Under the pieces are notes generated by a model. That model worked only from the letters and a program-made list of their open reading frames with translations. It did no database searches and was not told where the DNA came from. 64,000 nt of DNA from Octopus vulgaris (taxonomy: Eukaryota), in NCBI GenBank assembly GCA_951406725.2, contig OX597829.1:11780001-11844000 (forward strand), given 5' to 3'. A program made the translations under genes and the position numbers. Position 1 is the stretch's first letter. Each line of letters opens with the position of its first letter. Below, in pieces: positions 16,837 to 30,354 of the stretch.

Positions 16837-16873
16837 CTAAAATTTTCGCTGCTCCTTGCAACCTCGTCAATAG
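16837..16873 (-). ncRNA. Minimal hammerhead-like motif, UUGACGA core
   Basis: CUA-UUGACGA-G-GUUGC-AAGGA-GCAGC-GAAA-AU-UU-UAG. Confidence 0.55.
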
Positions 16874-17082
16874 TCATTGACTCTGTCCATTATCGGAGCT
16901 GAGTTCTTTTCGTTTGTTTGTTTGTGAGCATGTGTGTGCGTTAGTGTGCATGTGTATACACATATGTATGTGTGTTATTCAGTTTATTTCAAGATTTCTT
17001 ACCAATAGAGAAAGAACTGGTTTCTAACCTAGATCCAAGGCTCCGTCATTGGAATTTCACCATCAACAACAGGGTATTTTTT

Positions 17083-17297
17083 GTATGTATGTATGCATGT
17101 ATGTATGTATGTATGTATGTATGTATGTATGTATGTATGTATGTATTTATGTATGTATGTATGTATGTATGTATGTGTGTATGTGTGTGTGTATGTATGT
17201 ATGTATGTATGTATGTATGTGTGTGTGTGTATGTATGTATGTATGTATGTATGTATGTATGTATGTATGTATGTATGTATGTACGTATGTACGTATG
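17083..17297. repeat. (TATG)n microsatellite
   Basis: Direct observation. Confidence 0.95.
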
Positions 17298-17399
17298 TGC
17301 AGATTTGTATGTTTTGTGTATGTATTCTCATGCTTATAGTTATATATCTAAACATGCTCATATATACTTAAATGATAAACTTCTGGATAGTTTTACAGA

Positions 17400-19555
17400 T
17401 TTTTTACGGTTCCAGAGTGGATTGGATCTGTAGTCTTCTAATTAGCTTTCTCTTTCCTTGTTTTAAGAAGCCTAATTTCTCAAGATTGGTATTTACGCAG
17501 TGTTACATATCTCAGGACCCCAATAATTACAGGTATAAACCTGCACTTGTAATCTGGATAGAGTAACTGCAGATTTCTCAATAGTTCAGCGTAGGTGTTC
17601 TCTTCTTCATTGATCTTCAGCTTTGTTAACATCCACTGGGCAGCTAATTTCCACAACTGTGCACACTTTCTCTTCTCTATCCCAAATCATTATATCAGGT
17701 CTGTTGTGCTTGAGATCTTCACTGGTACATTTCACCAGTATTCCTTTTTATTATGGGTGGCTATGGCTTTGTCCTCGGGATTATTTCTTTGTCCTCGGGA
17801 TTATCCTTCCGACGAATTTCAGTATAGAGTTTCCTATCAACAACGTCATGTATCATCAGTAGATAATACTGTGATGACATTTTCAGACAGCTGCTTATGA
17901 TGTGGGTGATATCTTCAGGGTGAGCTCCACAAAATCTGCATCGGTTGTCATACTTCAGGGCTTTACCTGCATCTCTATCCCTTTTGTGCATCAAGTACTT
18001 GCTTGATATTTCCTATTTCTGGATTGCAAACGCAAACCCTTCAAAGAGGGAGGTAGTAATCCGGCTATTGGTCCATGATAAACTGCTTTGATGGTTGATG
18101 TTACTATCATCACAGAACTATCTAGATGACTATCCATGCATAGTCATCTGCTCATATAGGCTCATCCTTTCATCTGATGACACGTTGCGGTAGAGTCGTG
18201 CGATTTTTGGTGGTTATCAAAGAGTGTTGCTCAAGGAGCTGCCTTCCAAGTCTTATGATGTTATCAGCTTCATGCATGCAAACTTGGTCAAGGGATGTAC
18301 TTCGACAATTGGTTATTAAAAGATGTTGCCGAAAGGATGTAATGCGACATTCAAAGGCTTTTGGATCGATGTTAAACCTCTTCCACTTTGTTTTCATTTT
18401 AGGTAGAGGCGGTCTACATCACTGTTTATGTGGAAATTATGTATGCTTGCTAGTATTTTTCAGGTTTTCACATCAATGTCTCGGAGCTCATCAAGCATCC
18501 AATCAAGCAGCCAGTACTTCACTGCAAAGATATTGTTTTATACGATGCAGAGTGTTCTGAGGTCCAAATATTCTTTATTTGGCTGTAATATTCTTTAGTG
18601 ATACCTGTTTTGTTACAGGTACCACCATAAGATATATTTTCTTCCACTACTAGATACCTGTAACATCCCTTGTCAAATACAGAGGAAACAGTCAAATCAT
18701 TAATGGGGATGTTACTAGTCTGGTTTATAGTTTTCCTCCTTTTCACAGCCATATATCAACATTTATCCTGACCAAACTCCAACCCTACATCCTTTGAGAA
18801 TGTTGTAACTAGGTCAAGGCTCTTTTTCCTCTCATGCATATTCTTTGCATAAAGTTTTAAGTCATCTACAAAGAAACAGTGTGTAATTTTGGTGTTTCTG
18901 TTTCCTTGTGAACCAAAGAGATATCCTTCAAGGGGTTTACAGAAAGCATAAACAACATCACAGAGAGGCTGTCTCTTTGGAATATGCCTTTGCGATACTG
19001 TATTATATCGGAGATAATACATTCACTCTTTATATTTAATTTCAAAATGGTGGCCCACGATGAAGTCAGGTCAGCTATGGCTTTGACTATTCTCACTGGA
19101 ACTTGAGTAGGGAACAGAGTCAAAGGCTTTCGTGTAGTGTAGCCACATTGAAACTAGGTTCCTCCTACGCTCCCGCACCTCAGACATCTCAGTTTTGTTA
19201 TTAGCAATTGTTCGGCACATCCCCAGACTCCCTTCTTCCTAGCTGCTTGTTCTGCTGTAATAATGTTATTGGTTTCACAATGGTCTTGGAGGAAGAGGTT
19301 TAAACATGCTGTATATATTTTATACATTAAGTTCTAGCATGCAATTGGCCAGTAGTTCTTTTGCCATGTGGTTGGTTCTGCATTTGGGGATCAATTTTGT
19401 CTCTGCCAGAGCTAACATGTGTGGTATGCTACTGTTCCCAATAAAAGCTTGGTCGATAGAATGTTTACTTTCTTTGCAATGAGGCGCTGTTTCAGTTCCT
19501 CCATTTCTACGTTCAGGCCCTTTCTTTCAATATTATACTTCTTTTACAGCGCCCT
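17400..19555 (-). mobile_element. Degenerate R4/Dong-like LINE (RT, CCHC and REL domains)
   Basis: KGIFQRDSLS, THCFFVDDLKLYA, GLEFGQDKC, CRFCGAHPEDITHIISSC, PDIMIWDREEK..VVEISCP. Confidence 0.85.
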
Positions 19556-19556
19556 G

Positions 19557-19561
19557 TATTA

Positions 19562-19617
<56 letters not shown>

Positions 19618-19663
19618 GTTGTTGTTGTTGTTGTTGTTGTTATTATCATCATCATCATCATCA

Positions 19664-19700
<37 letters not shown>

Positions 19701-19731
19701 CATCATCATCATCATCATCATTATTATTATT
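19557..19731. repeat. (TTA)n/(TTG)n/(CAT)n compound microsatellite
   Basis: Direct observation. Confidence 0.97.
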
Positions 19732-19919
19732 GAGTGAGAGAGCAGTGCATGACATCAAAGTGACACTGGGGTAAAAATATTCGATGCGCAATACACCCAT
19801 CATGACTACCCGTCTGATAAGGTAACACCAGGCACATGCATCACAATTATATGTGCGCAAAATGGTGACCTCATATCAAGATAAACATGACCTTGCATGA
19901 CCTTGCAGGTGGGGCTCAA

Positions 19920-20225
19920 CAATTAAGTCTCTTTAAGGTACTTTTCCATTCTGGAGTTTCTGGGCCACAGTTGCAAGAGTTTCACCATCAATTTTGTATG
20001 TCTTGGATGTAATGCAATAACTTTTTTTGATTTCTTCCACCCCAGAGCATCTTGGTTAAATTCCTTCTCTTCACTCCAGACTTTCCTTCAGAAGGAGTCT
20101 ATGTCTTCTCGTGAAGGAGCTTCCGAGATATTTACTGCTCCTCCTCTCATGTCTCTGTTTATTGCTGCCTGGTTGCGGTTAAATTTTTGTTTATTGCTCT
20201 CTCAGTTATTCTCTTCTGATGTCAC
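19920..20225 (-). mobile_element. R4-like LINE fragment upstream of the RT
   Basis: Minus-strand remnants APSREDIDSF*RKVW and WPRNSRMEKYL-like. Confidence 0.5.
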
Positions 20226-20329
20226 TGCTTGAGGGTAATCAGTCTGCAAGTGAGTGTCCTCTTTTTGCTGTCTCCAAACACCATTTCTATCTCCTTCTCT
20301 ACTTTCTGTTGGTGGGACGTATAGTGACC

Positions 20330-21218
20330 TGCCTTTGCTCTATACACTCCCCTAATATTCACAACTCCAGTGATTCACTTAATCAATCTCTTTACCAAAT
20401 TGTTTTCTACTAAAATCAGCACCATCCCTTCCCTCCCTCCTTCCCTCCCTTTTCTCCCTCCCCATTCCTTCCTTCCTTCCCTCCTTCCTTCCTTCCTTCC
20501 TTCCTTGTATCAAGCAGTGCATGTACGAACAAGTTATAGCAGTGATTTGCTTGTTAACCGTAAACCATGTTTGTATGTATGTATGTATGTATGTATGCAT
20601 GCATGCATGTATGTATGTATGTATGTATGTATGTATGTATGTATGTATGTATGTATGTATGTATGTATGCATGCATGCATGTATGTATGTATGTATGTAT
20701 GTATGTATGTATGTATGTATGTATGTATGTATGTATGTATGCATGCATGTATGTATGTATGTATGTATGTATGTATCTATTTATGTATGTATGTATGTAT
20801 GTATGTATGTATGTATGCATGCATGTATGTATGTATGTGTGTGTATGTATGTATGTATGTATGTATGTATGTATGTATGCATGCATGTATGCATGCATGC
20901 ATGCATGCATGTATGTATGTATGTATGTATGTTTGTATGCATGCATGCATGTATGTATGCATGTATGTATGTATATGTATGTATATATATGTATGCATGC
21001 GTGTATGTTTGTATGCATGTATGTATGTATATGTATGTATATATATATATGTATGCATGTGTGTATGTTTGTATGCATGTATTCTGCATATTCATGTGTT
21101 TGTGTGTGTGTGTACCTATGTCTCCTTGTGTGTAGATGTTTGTGTGTCTATGTGTATGTATTTGTGTGACTATGTACGTGCGTCTGTTATGTATGGATGT
21201 TTCTCCATATGTGTCCTT

Positions 21219-21251
<33 letters not shown>

Positions 21252-21381
21252 ACCATATGGTCATGTATTTCAGTCTTCTTTTGTGTATGTATGTGTCTTT
21301 ACGTTCTTATCTCTCCGTATTACGTATGTACCTATCTATCTACTTATCAATCAGTTTACTTACATATCCATCTACCTACTC

Positions 21382-21455
<74 letters not shown>

Positions 21456-21859
21456 ATAACAGCCTACTAGCAAATCTACCTGTGTATGTATAAACAGTGG
21501 ATATTGGGGTATCACTACCTTCTATGTATATCTATTTAATACTGGGCATGTTTCATTTAAGATGACGTACTCCTGTATTGTCTGAGTATTGGGTCCTTCA
21601 GGTGCTTGGGTAAAATGCGGGTGTCAAGTCGACCCAGTGTGCCTCCATGATTATCTGTTAATATATCTGCTATAACTTGTTCATACATGCGCTGCTAGAT
21701 ACAAGGAAGGAAGGAATGGGGAGGGAGAGAAGGGAGGGAGGGAGGGAGAGAAGGAGGGAAGGGATGGTGCTGATTTTAGTAGAGAACAATTTGGTAAAGA
21801 GATTGATAAAGTGAATCACTGGAGTTGTGAATATTAGGGGAGTGTATAGAGCAAAGGCA
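20330..21859. repeat. Fold-back structure with ~200-bp inverted arms around a (TATG/CATG)n-rich repeat
   Basis: 20330-20541 is the reverse complement of 21667-21859; the interior resembles 58150-58840. Confidence 0.85.
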
Positions 21860-23029
21860 ATCTTTTAATAGGGGGAAAGACTGTTCAATGGTGCTTTTTG
21901 CATCAGATGCAAATTCAGATTGTAAATTTTATTGTTTAGTTCAAGACTGAGCCCTCTATGATAAAAGAGTTTTCCTTTGAAGATATCAAATCGTTTGGTG
22001 GTGGAAGAAATGTTATATACAAAAGTCATAACTGGAAATGATTATCACATGCCCTCAATATGAAATACTCTATGCATTAAAATTTCTGAACAAATTCAAG
22101 TAGTTTGGAAAATGTAAGAATTTGGAAATGTGTATACGTAGCAAAATAAATGCCTAAATTTATCAAATGTTTCATTCTTAATGTGTTGGCCAGATTAATT
22201 GCTAGTAACAGTACTCAAAATTAAAACAAAACCAACTAATACTACTAGTGAGGAACGTTTCTAAAATTTCTGAAAGCTTAACTTGAAAAAGATAAGGTAA
22301 AAAGGAAATGACAATAGAAGTTATTCTCATTCAAACAAATGAAATAGCGCTGAATAAAATAGTCAGATTTGTAACTTAATCATAAAAGAATATGTGAATA
22401 CATAATGAAGTGAAGGCGTTTGTGATGGGTGGGGAAAATTAAAACTTTCACTGAATTCCCAGCCTTCCTGGGAATAAAACGATTTCACTCTAACTCACAG
22501 AGCTATTCAATGCTGATGGAAATTCAGGAATTAAAAGAAGAAGAACCAGTTTGGGCATACATCTCTTATGGTTATACACATAAGTGACATTGTTCAGGTA
22601 TGTGTGCGTGTGTGCGTGTGTGTGTCTGTGTGTGTGTGTGTGTCTGTGTGTGACTGTATATTGACACACATAGATAAGAGAGGAAGGGAAAGAGACAAAT
22701 AGGCATATAGGCATTTAATTCAACATACATGCACACCACAGAGGCTAATATATATTAGCAAAAGTATATGGATGAATATGTATGTATTATATATGTATAC
22801 AAATCATGGTCTAAGGTATGACCAAATTGTTGAGAAACTTATTTCACAAACATGAAATTTTTGGTTCAATTTCACTGCATGGATAAGTATCTTCAACTAT
22901 ACCCTAGTCAACTCAAACTGAAGACACATAAAATATAATCTATTATTGAATATGTTGTCACACCTCTCATACCATTTGATGTTAATTATTACAGAGCTAT
23001 CTTTCTTTCCCTCAAATATATACATAAAT

Positions 23030-23076
<47 letters not shown>

Positions 23077-23217
23077 AGTGTGTGTGTATATATATATAAT
23101 TCAAAAAACGGAGAAAAACAAGAAAAAAGGACAATGTGAGGACGTAGCACATGCAAATGTAGATATATATATATTTATAAGTATGTATATATGTGTGTGT
23201 GTGTATGTATGTATATA

Positions 23218-23297
<80 letters not shown>

Positions 23298-23443
23298 AAA
23301 TGGAAAGATGAATTATCTTGTTACGGATTATTCAAAAGTTTAACCGATACCTGGGTAGCAAAAATCACAGCAGAAAAAACACGGTTGGAGATAAGACCAT
23401 ATGGTGTTGCAACCGTGCGTTGGTGCGGATAATTGAAGTTTAA

Positions 23444-23631
23444 TATAATTAGTGAATGGAAGAAATGGAGTTGAACGAAGATTGTACAGAATTCCTTTTA
23501 TTACATTCTACACATGTTTCAAAGGCCACAAATTAATCAGAATTTGGAAAATTGTGGCCTTTGAAACATGTGTAGAATGTAATAAAAGGAATTCTGTACA
23601 ATCTTCGTTCAACTCCATTTCTTCCATTCAC

Positions 23632-23640
<9 letters not shown>
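23444..23640. repeat. Near-perfect hairpin insert (PLE-terminus-like) beside (TA)n
   Basis: aattagtgaatggaagaaatggagttgaacg...ggccacaa is inverted against ttgtggcc...cattcactaatt; a related single arm lies at 27128-27200. Confidence 0.85.
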
Positions 23641-23677
<37 letters not shown>

Positions 23678-24399
23678 TGAAATGCGTTTCGACCGCTTGG
23701 ATCGCTTTCAAGGCCATTACATCCCGTCGGATTCATTCCAAAATTTACAGGGACATGTAAAATGAGGTGACGATGCCCGTGGGCTACCTTAGAAATCCCT
23801 ATCTTAAAAGGTGTCGTTGCTAGGGCCAAAAACCCACTTTGACAAGTCCACTCCCATTCTTTTACGTATCTGTCTTCCTCACGCTATTTCCTCTATTCGC
23901 CTCTAACTCCCCTTCACTTTCCCTTTATAAGTTCGTCAAACGGCGTTCTTTATCTCGCTGTCTGCATTCATAGAGAGAATTATCATCGCCACAAACAACA
24001 CACAATCATGAGAACAAATATTATGAATCAGATATTTCTTGCGTTCATTTATATATGTGTGTGTTTGTGTTCTATATATAAATATGTATATATAATGTAT
24101 ATATACAAAGTGTATATATCTGTATTTATGTATATTAAACTTTTTAATACTTTTTGATAGTTATATATATTTTTAGACAAATTATAAATATAATTCAATA
24201 ATTTTTATTTTAAATTTAAATAATTTAAATTTTTCAATTTTATATTTTATATATTTTATATATTATATTTTTATTTTTATGTTTTTGGTTTTGGTTTTTC
24301 ACTGTTTGATTTGCCAATTAGTGGTTTTATCTCTAATTTAATTTATACATATATATATATATATATATAATTTGTATATTTTTGTATATATAATGCGTG

Positions 24400-24449
<50 letters not shown>

Positions 24450-25231
24450 ATGTGTGCATTATGTGGTCGGTCGGTTCAGCTGAAAATATGCACACCTATG
24501 TTAAAAGTGCTGGCAAGTTTGCATGACAACTATTTTTTTCCTCAAATGAAAGGCATGACCTCTAGGACAAAATTCCTCATCTTATAAAATGTGACCCCAG
24601 TAGACCCGAATGAAATCGGGTTATATTAACCAAAATGTGAAAAGGGGTCTAAATGGGGCTGGAATGGGGATTAAAATTTAAAGGAGCGAGTGTTTAGGAA
24701 TTCTCTGTTACATCAAGCTAAAAAATTTGCGCCAATGATGAAGTTTTGAATGCTTGCCATGGTGAGTCTACTGTCGTGAGAAAGAATCACTTCAAAACTT
24801 GGTGTTTACGATTTTTCTTTTACATCAAGTTCAAAATTTTACGCCAGCCGTTAAACTGTCAATACGTTGCTGTCCGTCGTTAAGAAATGCCAGCCATGGT
24901 GACTCTACTATCCTCAGATTCTATCCCTTCAAACTTTGGTTTCCAATATTTTATTATTTTTATTCAGCTCGCAAGTTCGTCTGTCCCTTTTAAATGTTAG
25001 CGTTTTGCTGTCTGTCTTGAAGCAGACATTTCCGTTGCCACTGCCTGATATTTATGATTGATCTTTCTAAATATTTTATTTCTCAACTTACTCAAGATCT
25101 TTTGTTGTTTATAAATGGGAGATAGATAGATAAAGATAGAGAGTAAGAGAAAGCGAGGGAGAGTACGAGAGAAAAGAAAAGTAAGAGAGTGGGAAAATGA
25201 GAGAGAAAAGAGAGAGAAACAAAGAGGGAGA

Positions 25232-25530
25232 ATCATCATCATCATCATCATCGTTTAACGTCCGTTTTCCGTGCTAGCACGGGTTGGACAGTTTGACCGG
25301 GGTCTGGGAAGCCAGGAGGCTGCACCAGACTCCAGTCTGATCTGGCAGTGTTTCTACAGGTGGATGACCTTCGTAACGCCAACCACTCTGTGAGTGTAGT
25401 GGGTGCTTTTTTCGTGCCGCTGGCACAGGTGCTTGTGTGTCGTAGTAAGAATGATCGGTTGGCGTTTTTTACGTGCCACCGGCACAGAAGCCAGTCACAA
25501 GCGGCGCTGCAATCTGCCACGTTGATGGTG
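25232..25530 (-). mobile_element. SINE/RTE-tail-like element with (ATG)n tail
   Basis: Shares catcatcgtttaacgtccgttttcc.tgctagca..ggttgga..gggaagccaggaggctgcacca with 48942-49130. Confidence 0.7.
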
Positions 25531-25604
25531 TTTTTTATGCTGAAAGGAAGCAACAGAAAGTAACAACCACACTCACCCGCGCGTAGAGCGGGTCACCTCC
25601 AGCT

Positions 25605-25764
<160 letters not shown>

Positions 25765-25952
25765 TGTCAACCACTAGCGCAGTCGGCCTAGTGGCCAGGC
25801 AGCGACCCGTGGTGGTGTGTGTGTGACCGGCGTTGTGTGTGTGTGTGTCCACGAGGCCCCGGCAGGATGTGTGTTTTTTACGTGCTGAAAGGAAGCAACA
25901 GAAAGTAACAACCACACTCTTACCCGCGCGTAGAGCGGGTCACCTTCAGCTA

Positions 25953-26124
<172 letters not shown>

Positions 26125-26137
26125 CGCCTAACCACTA

Positions 26138-26345
26138 GGCGCAATGGCCTAGTGGTTAGGGCAGCGGACTTGCGGTCGGAGGATCGCGGTTTCGATTCCC
26201 AGACCGGGCGTTGTGTGTGTTTATTGAGCGAAAACACCTAAAAGCTCCACGAGGCTCCGGCAGGAGGTGGTGATCCCTGCTGTACTCTTTCACCACTCTA
26301 AAAGGCGGTGCTCCAGCATGGCCGCAGTCAAATGACTGAAACAAG
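26138..26345 (+). mobile_element. tRNA-derived SINE (family 3 head joined to a family 1 tail)
   Basis: A-box TGGCCTAGTGG and B-box GGTTTCGATTCC; 3' end ctaaaaggcggtgctccagcatggccgcagtcaaatgactgaaacaagta as in family 1. Confidence 0.75.
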
Positions 26346-26389
26346 TACAGAAAAAAAAATATATATACATATATATATTTATATATTGC

Positions 26390-26662
26390 TGTTTGTTCCT
26401 TCTCGAGCCACGCCTGGCTCATAAGGACCGGTTTCCCGGTTTCCTTGGCGTATAGGTTTCCCACCTGGACGGGACGCCGGTCTGTCGCAGGTGAGCTGCA
26501 AGATGCAGGAGGAAAGAGGTAGAGAACGTTGTGGCGAAGGAGTCAGCAGAGGTTTGCCATTACCTTCTGCCGGAGCCGTGTTTCGCTCATAAACACACAC
26601 ATCGCCCGGTCTGAGATTCGAAACCGCGAATCCGCTGCTCTAACCACTAGGCCATGTGCTTC
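26390..26662 (-). mobile_element. tRNA-derived SINE (family 3)
   Basis: Minus strand reads atggcctagtggttagagcagcgga..gcggtttcgaatctcagaccgggcgatgtgtgtg. Confidence 0.7.
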
Positions 26663-26696
<34 letters not shown>

Positions 26697-26755
26697 CATA
26701 TACGTATGCATGTGTCTATATGTACCCACGTGTCTATATATATATATATATATAT

Positions 26756-27072
26756 ATTGTTGTATTTAGGAATGGTCATTTTGCCAGTTTAGCCAATAAA
26801 AACACACGCACTATATATTTGGTGTTACTTTGCTTCAGTGTTATTTATTTTTTACATTAATCTTAATCTTTTTTCGGCCAGAGTTCTTTCGTCACACTCC
26901 TGTGACCGCATCAGTGGTCCTTTGTTTTCTTCTTACTTATTTGTGTCTCTCCTTACTAACCGTCAGCCATTTTGTATTGGCTAAACTGGCAAAATGACCA
27001 TTCCTAAATACAACAATATCTGTTTCAACACACGATTTCACATAAAAAATCTTGCACAACAAATATTTAAAC

Positions 27073-27075
<3 letters not shown>
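26756..27075. mobile_element. PLE-derived fold-back insert in (TA)n carrying a hammerhead motif (26876-26920, minus strand)
   Basis: Inverted arms ~26757-26799 and ~26976-27018; same family as 51885-52420 and 36691-36760. Confidence 0.75.
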
Positions 27076-27132
<57 letters not shown>

Positions 27133-27194
27133 GTGTAGAATGAAATAAAACGATTTCTGTTCAATCTTCGTTCAGCTCCATTTCTTCAATTCAC

Positions 27195-27244
<50 letters not shown>

Positions 27245-28662
27245 AGAGTAAGCATATAGATGTGAAACAATAGTACTAGAATACTAGAAGTAGAGTAATA
27301 TGTTTATTAAAAAGCAGCAAAAATATCACACAGACGGTTACTCAGAATTTCACGTTCCCGTTCGTCGGACAGTTTTGTTTAGAATGGAGCAAGATAAAGT
27401 TATATGCAGAAATAGAATTACTTTGATAGATACACATTTGAAAATGGTTTTGTTTCATTGCTCCTTTGAGCTAACAGTCTTTGCATGAAATAACAAATTG
27501 CGGTTTAAAATCATATAAAAATCTTAAATCCTTAAATCAAAACTAGCTTATAAAGAAGGAAAAGGGCATGAATACCTAGGGTAATTAATTAGTTGTAAAA
27601 ATAAATAAATTAATAAATTAAAAGATATATCCGTTACACTTTCATGCTAAAATACATATACATTTAGCAATACATACGCATACCAAACAACCTATAATCT
27701 ACGTATATACACTAAACATACAGACGTAGGTACATGGCTCTATACATATACACACATATATAGGCAAACATGAATATATATAAATACATTCATATGTATG
27801 CACGCACGCACACGCACGCGCCCAAAACCTCCTGGTGTATGCTTATACAACTTAGTTATTACAGGCGAACAAAAGAAAAGGGGAAAATCAGAGAATAACA
27901 AGTGGGGGTAAGAAAAAAAAAATAAAAGAAAGAGAAAATTAGAGAGAGAAAGGAGAAATAGATACGGGTAGAGAGGGGGAAATGATTGACGTTCCTATAA
28001 GTATCAAACGAAAGATATTTCGTTCAGCTTGCGAAACGCACACCTGTAAAACAACCCACACATAAAATGACATGTTTATCTACATAAATACAAACATATA
28101 TATATAGACAAACATACATATAGACACGCATACAAATATACAAATAAATATTTACGTTAATACATGCCCACATATATATGCATATATATATATATATATA
28201 TACACATACATATATATATATGTATATATATATGTATTTATGTATGTATATGTATAAATATATATATATTCATACACACACATACTTACATATACATACA
28301 TACACATTCCTACAATACACACATACACACATATATATAGAGAGAGACATATATTCACATCAAGATAAATATATACATCATAACGTATATACGCAAACAA
28401 TTTTTAAAAACTGTCTGGTATATATATTAAAATGTTAAAATATGGAAATTGCACAATAAATTAATATAACATAATTAAATGCGTGAGTAAACAATAAACC
28501 TCGATGAAGCTTAAGCTTAAATTTGTAAAACAGTCGAAGGCATTCTTAAAAGGGAAGTCGAAAATAACTAAGATGTAAAGTCAAATTCAAATGCGACAGT
28601 CAAAATTTTCACGGGAAATTCTGGGTTAAGGTTTTCGTGATGTTTTTCTACTTTTTAATAAA

Positions 28663-28706
<44 letters not shown>

Positions 28707-28836
28707 GTATATATACTCTTTTACTCTTTGTAGCATAGACTAGTGTACATCTGAGAATAGGTACAAATAAATATTTGGTTTCGTGAGGTAACTATCCTTA
28801 CCACTAAGCCACGCACCTTCACACCACTTAAACTAA

Positions 28837-29220
28837 TTCTTTTACTTGTTTCGGTCATTTGACTGCGGCCACACTGGAGCACCGCCTTTAGTCGAGCAAA
28901 TCAACCCCAGGACTTATTCTTTGTAAGCCTAGTACTTATTCTATCGGTCTCATTTGCCGAACCGCTAAGTTACAGGTACGTAAACACACCAGCATCGATT
29001 GTCAAGCGATGTTGGTGGGACAAATACAGACACACAAACATACACACACATATATACATACATATATACGACGGGATTCTTTCAGTTTCCGTCTCACAAG
29101 GCTTTGGTCGGCCCGGGGCTACAGTAGAGGACACTTGCCCAAGGTGCGACGTAGTGGGACTGAACCAGGAAACATGTGGTTCGTAAGCAAGCCACTTACC
29201 ACACAGCCACTCCTACGCCT
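28837..29220 (-). mobile_element. tRNA-derived SINE (family 1)
   Basis: Reverse complement of 34660-35075. Confidence 0.85.
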
Positions 29221-29239
29221 ATATATGATATATATATAT

Positions 29240-30354
29240 AGTGATATGGAGGTCAGTTCGGAAACAGAGTGCTATGACCCACTTTTGAGTTGGCGTCAAG
29301 CAGACGGCTAAAACCTTTTTCCTGTCGGTTTCTGGGGAAAGTTATGTATTCGGAAGAGACCTTTGGCCCTGTTCCAGTCAGGGAAAGTTCGAGAAACCAC
29401 CCCTTTAAAATGCGACGCTTGTGGTCAGTCGGCAGTTGGGATTGTAGGCAGTCAGTCGGAGGCAGTCAGTCGGAGGCAGTCAGTCAGTCAGTCGGAAACA
29501 GAACGAGTTGGCAATAGGTAATTCTGCCTGAGACGGCAACGGAGCAGTTTTGGCCAGGGACAGCAGTGATACGGACGGTCAGCCAAGAAGGTGGCGATGG
29601 CGAGGGGCAACTACATCGTTGAGAACGACAGACAGACAAGCGAGAGGATGACAGCGTAGAGGAAGACAGACAGATAAGCATTGGGAACATGTAGAGCGAA
29701 GGAGAGGGATTACGGCGGATAGAAGGCATGGCTATTATAGTAGGAGTTGAAACGGTATGTGTTGTTTATGTTTTGAGACTGTAATGAACATTGAAAAGAA
29801 CTGTGTTGTAGAGTTGTGTTAAAAAGTTGTTAAAGAAAAAAAGAATTGATGTGTTAAAAAAGGAGAAAGAACTGTGAATTAAGGAAAAGAGGAAGAAAAG
29901 AAATGAGTTGTTGAAAAGAAAAAGAAAGAGAAAGACTTTAATGTTATTTGAGTTGAACTGTTCTGATTTGTCTCTGAACTGTATCGTGAATTGAACATTA
30001 TTTGATTTGAACTGTTGTCTCCGGACTGAATTGTATCTGCATGCTTTGATTTTGTTTATTCTGTTGCTTGTATTTTCTTTGATGTATCTGATATTGTAAT
30101 GATTGTTATAAACTGTTGTTAAATGTAAGCCAATTGCCTTCCGCCGTGTCTCTGTATCTCTTCCTTCTGTTGTTGTTGTTGTTGTTGTTCTCTCCGGTCG
30201 CCGGTTGCCGAGTTCGCTGCCACCCCCACCCCCCACCGAATTCTCTCTTTCTGTGTGGCGAATTCTCCGTTCGACTGGGCCGGTGCAATCGTCGTCGTTC
30301 GACTTGGTAGGGTCCCGGGTTCCGAAGAAGCTTGAGCGACGACAGGTGGTACGT

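Noticed and set aside
20370-21470. 366-aa MYVC-repeat ORF and similar ORFs at 16972-17433, 34031-34480 and 49503-50534
   Set aside because: Stop-free (TATG)n/(TA)n microsatellite translations
22500-22596. cag|...CAG|gtatgt exon-like segment
   Set aside because: Stops in all three frames and no partner exons; a non-coding exon cannot be supported without RNA data
23673-23715. Minus-strand UUGAAAG-C-GAUC..GGUC-GAAACGC hammerhead-like motif
   Set aside because: No helix I or valid cleavage triplet could be assigned
26138-26205. tRNA gene
   Set aside because: It has A and B boxes but no proper cloverleaf and continues into a SINE body
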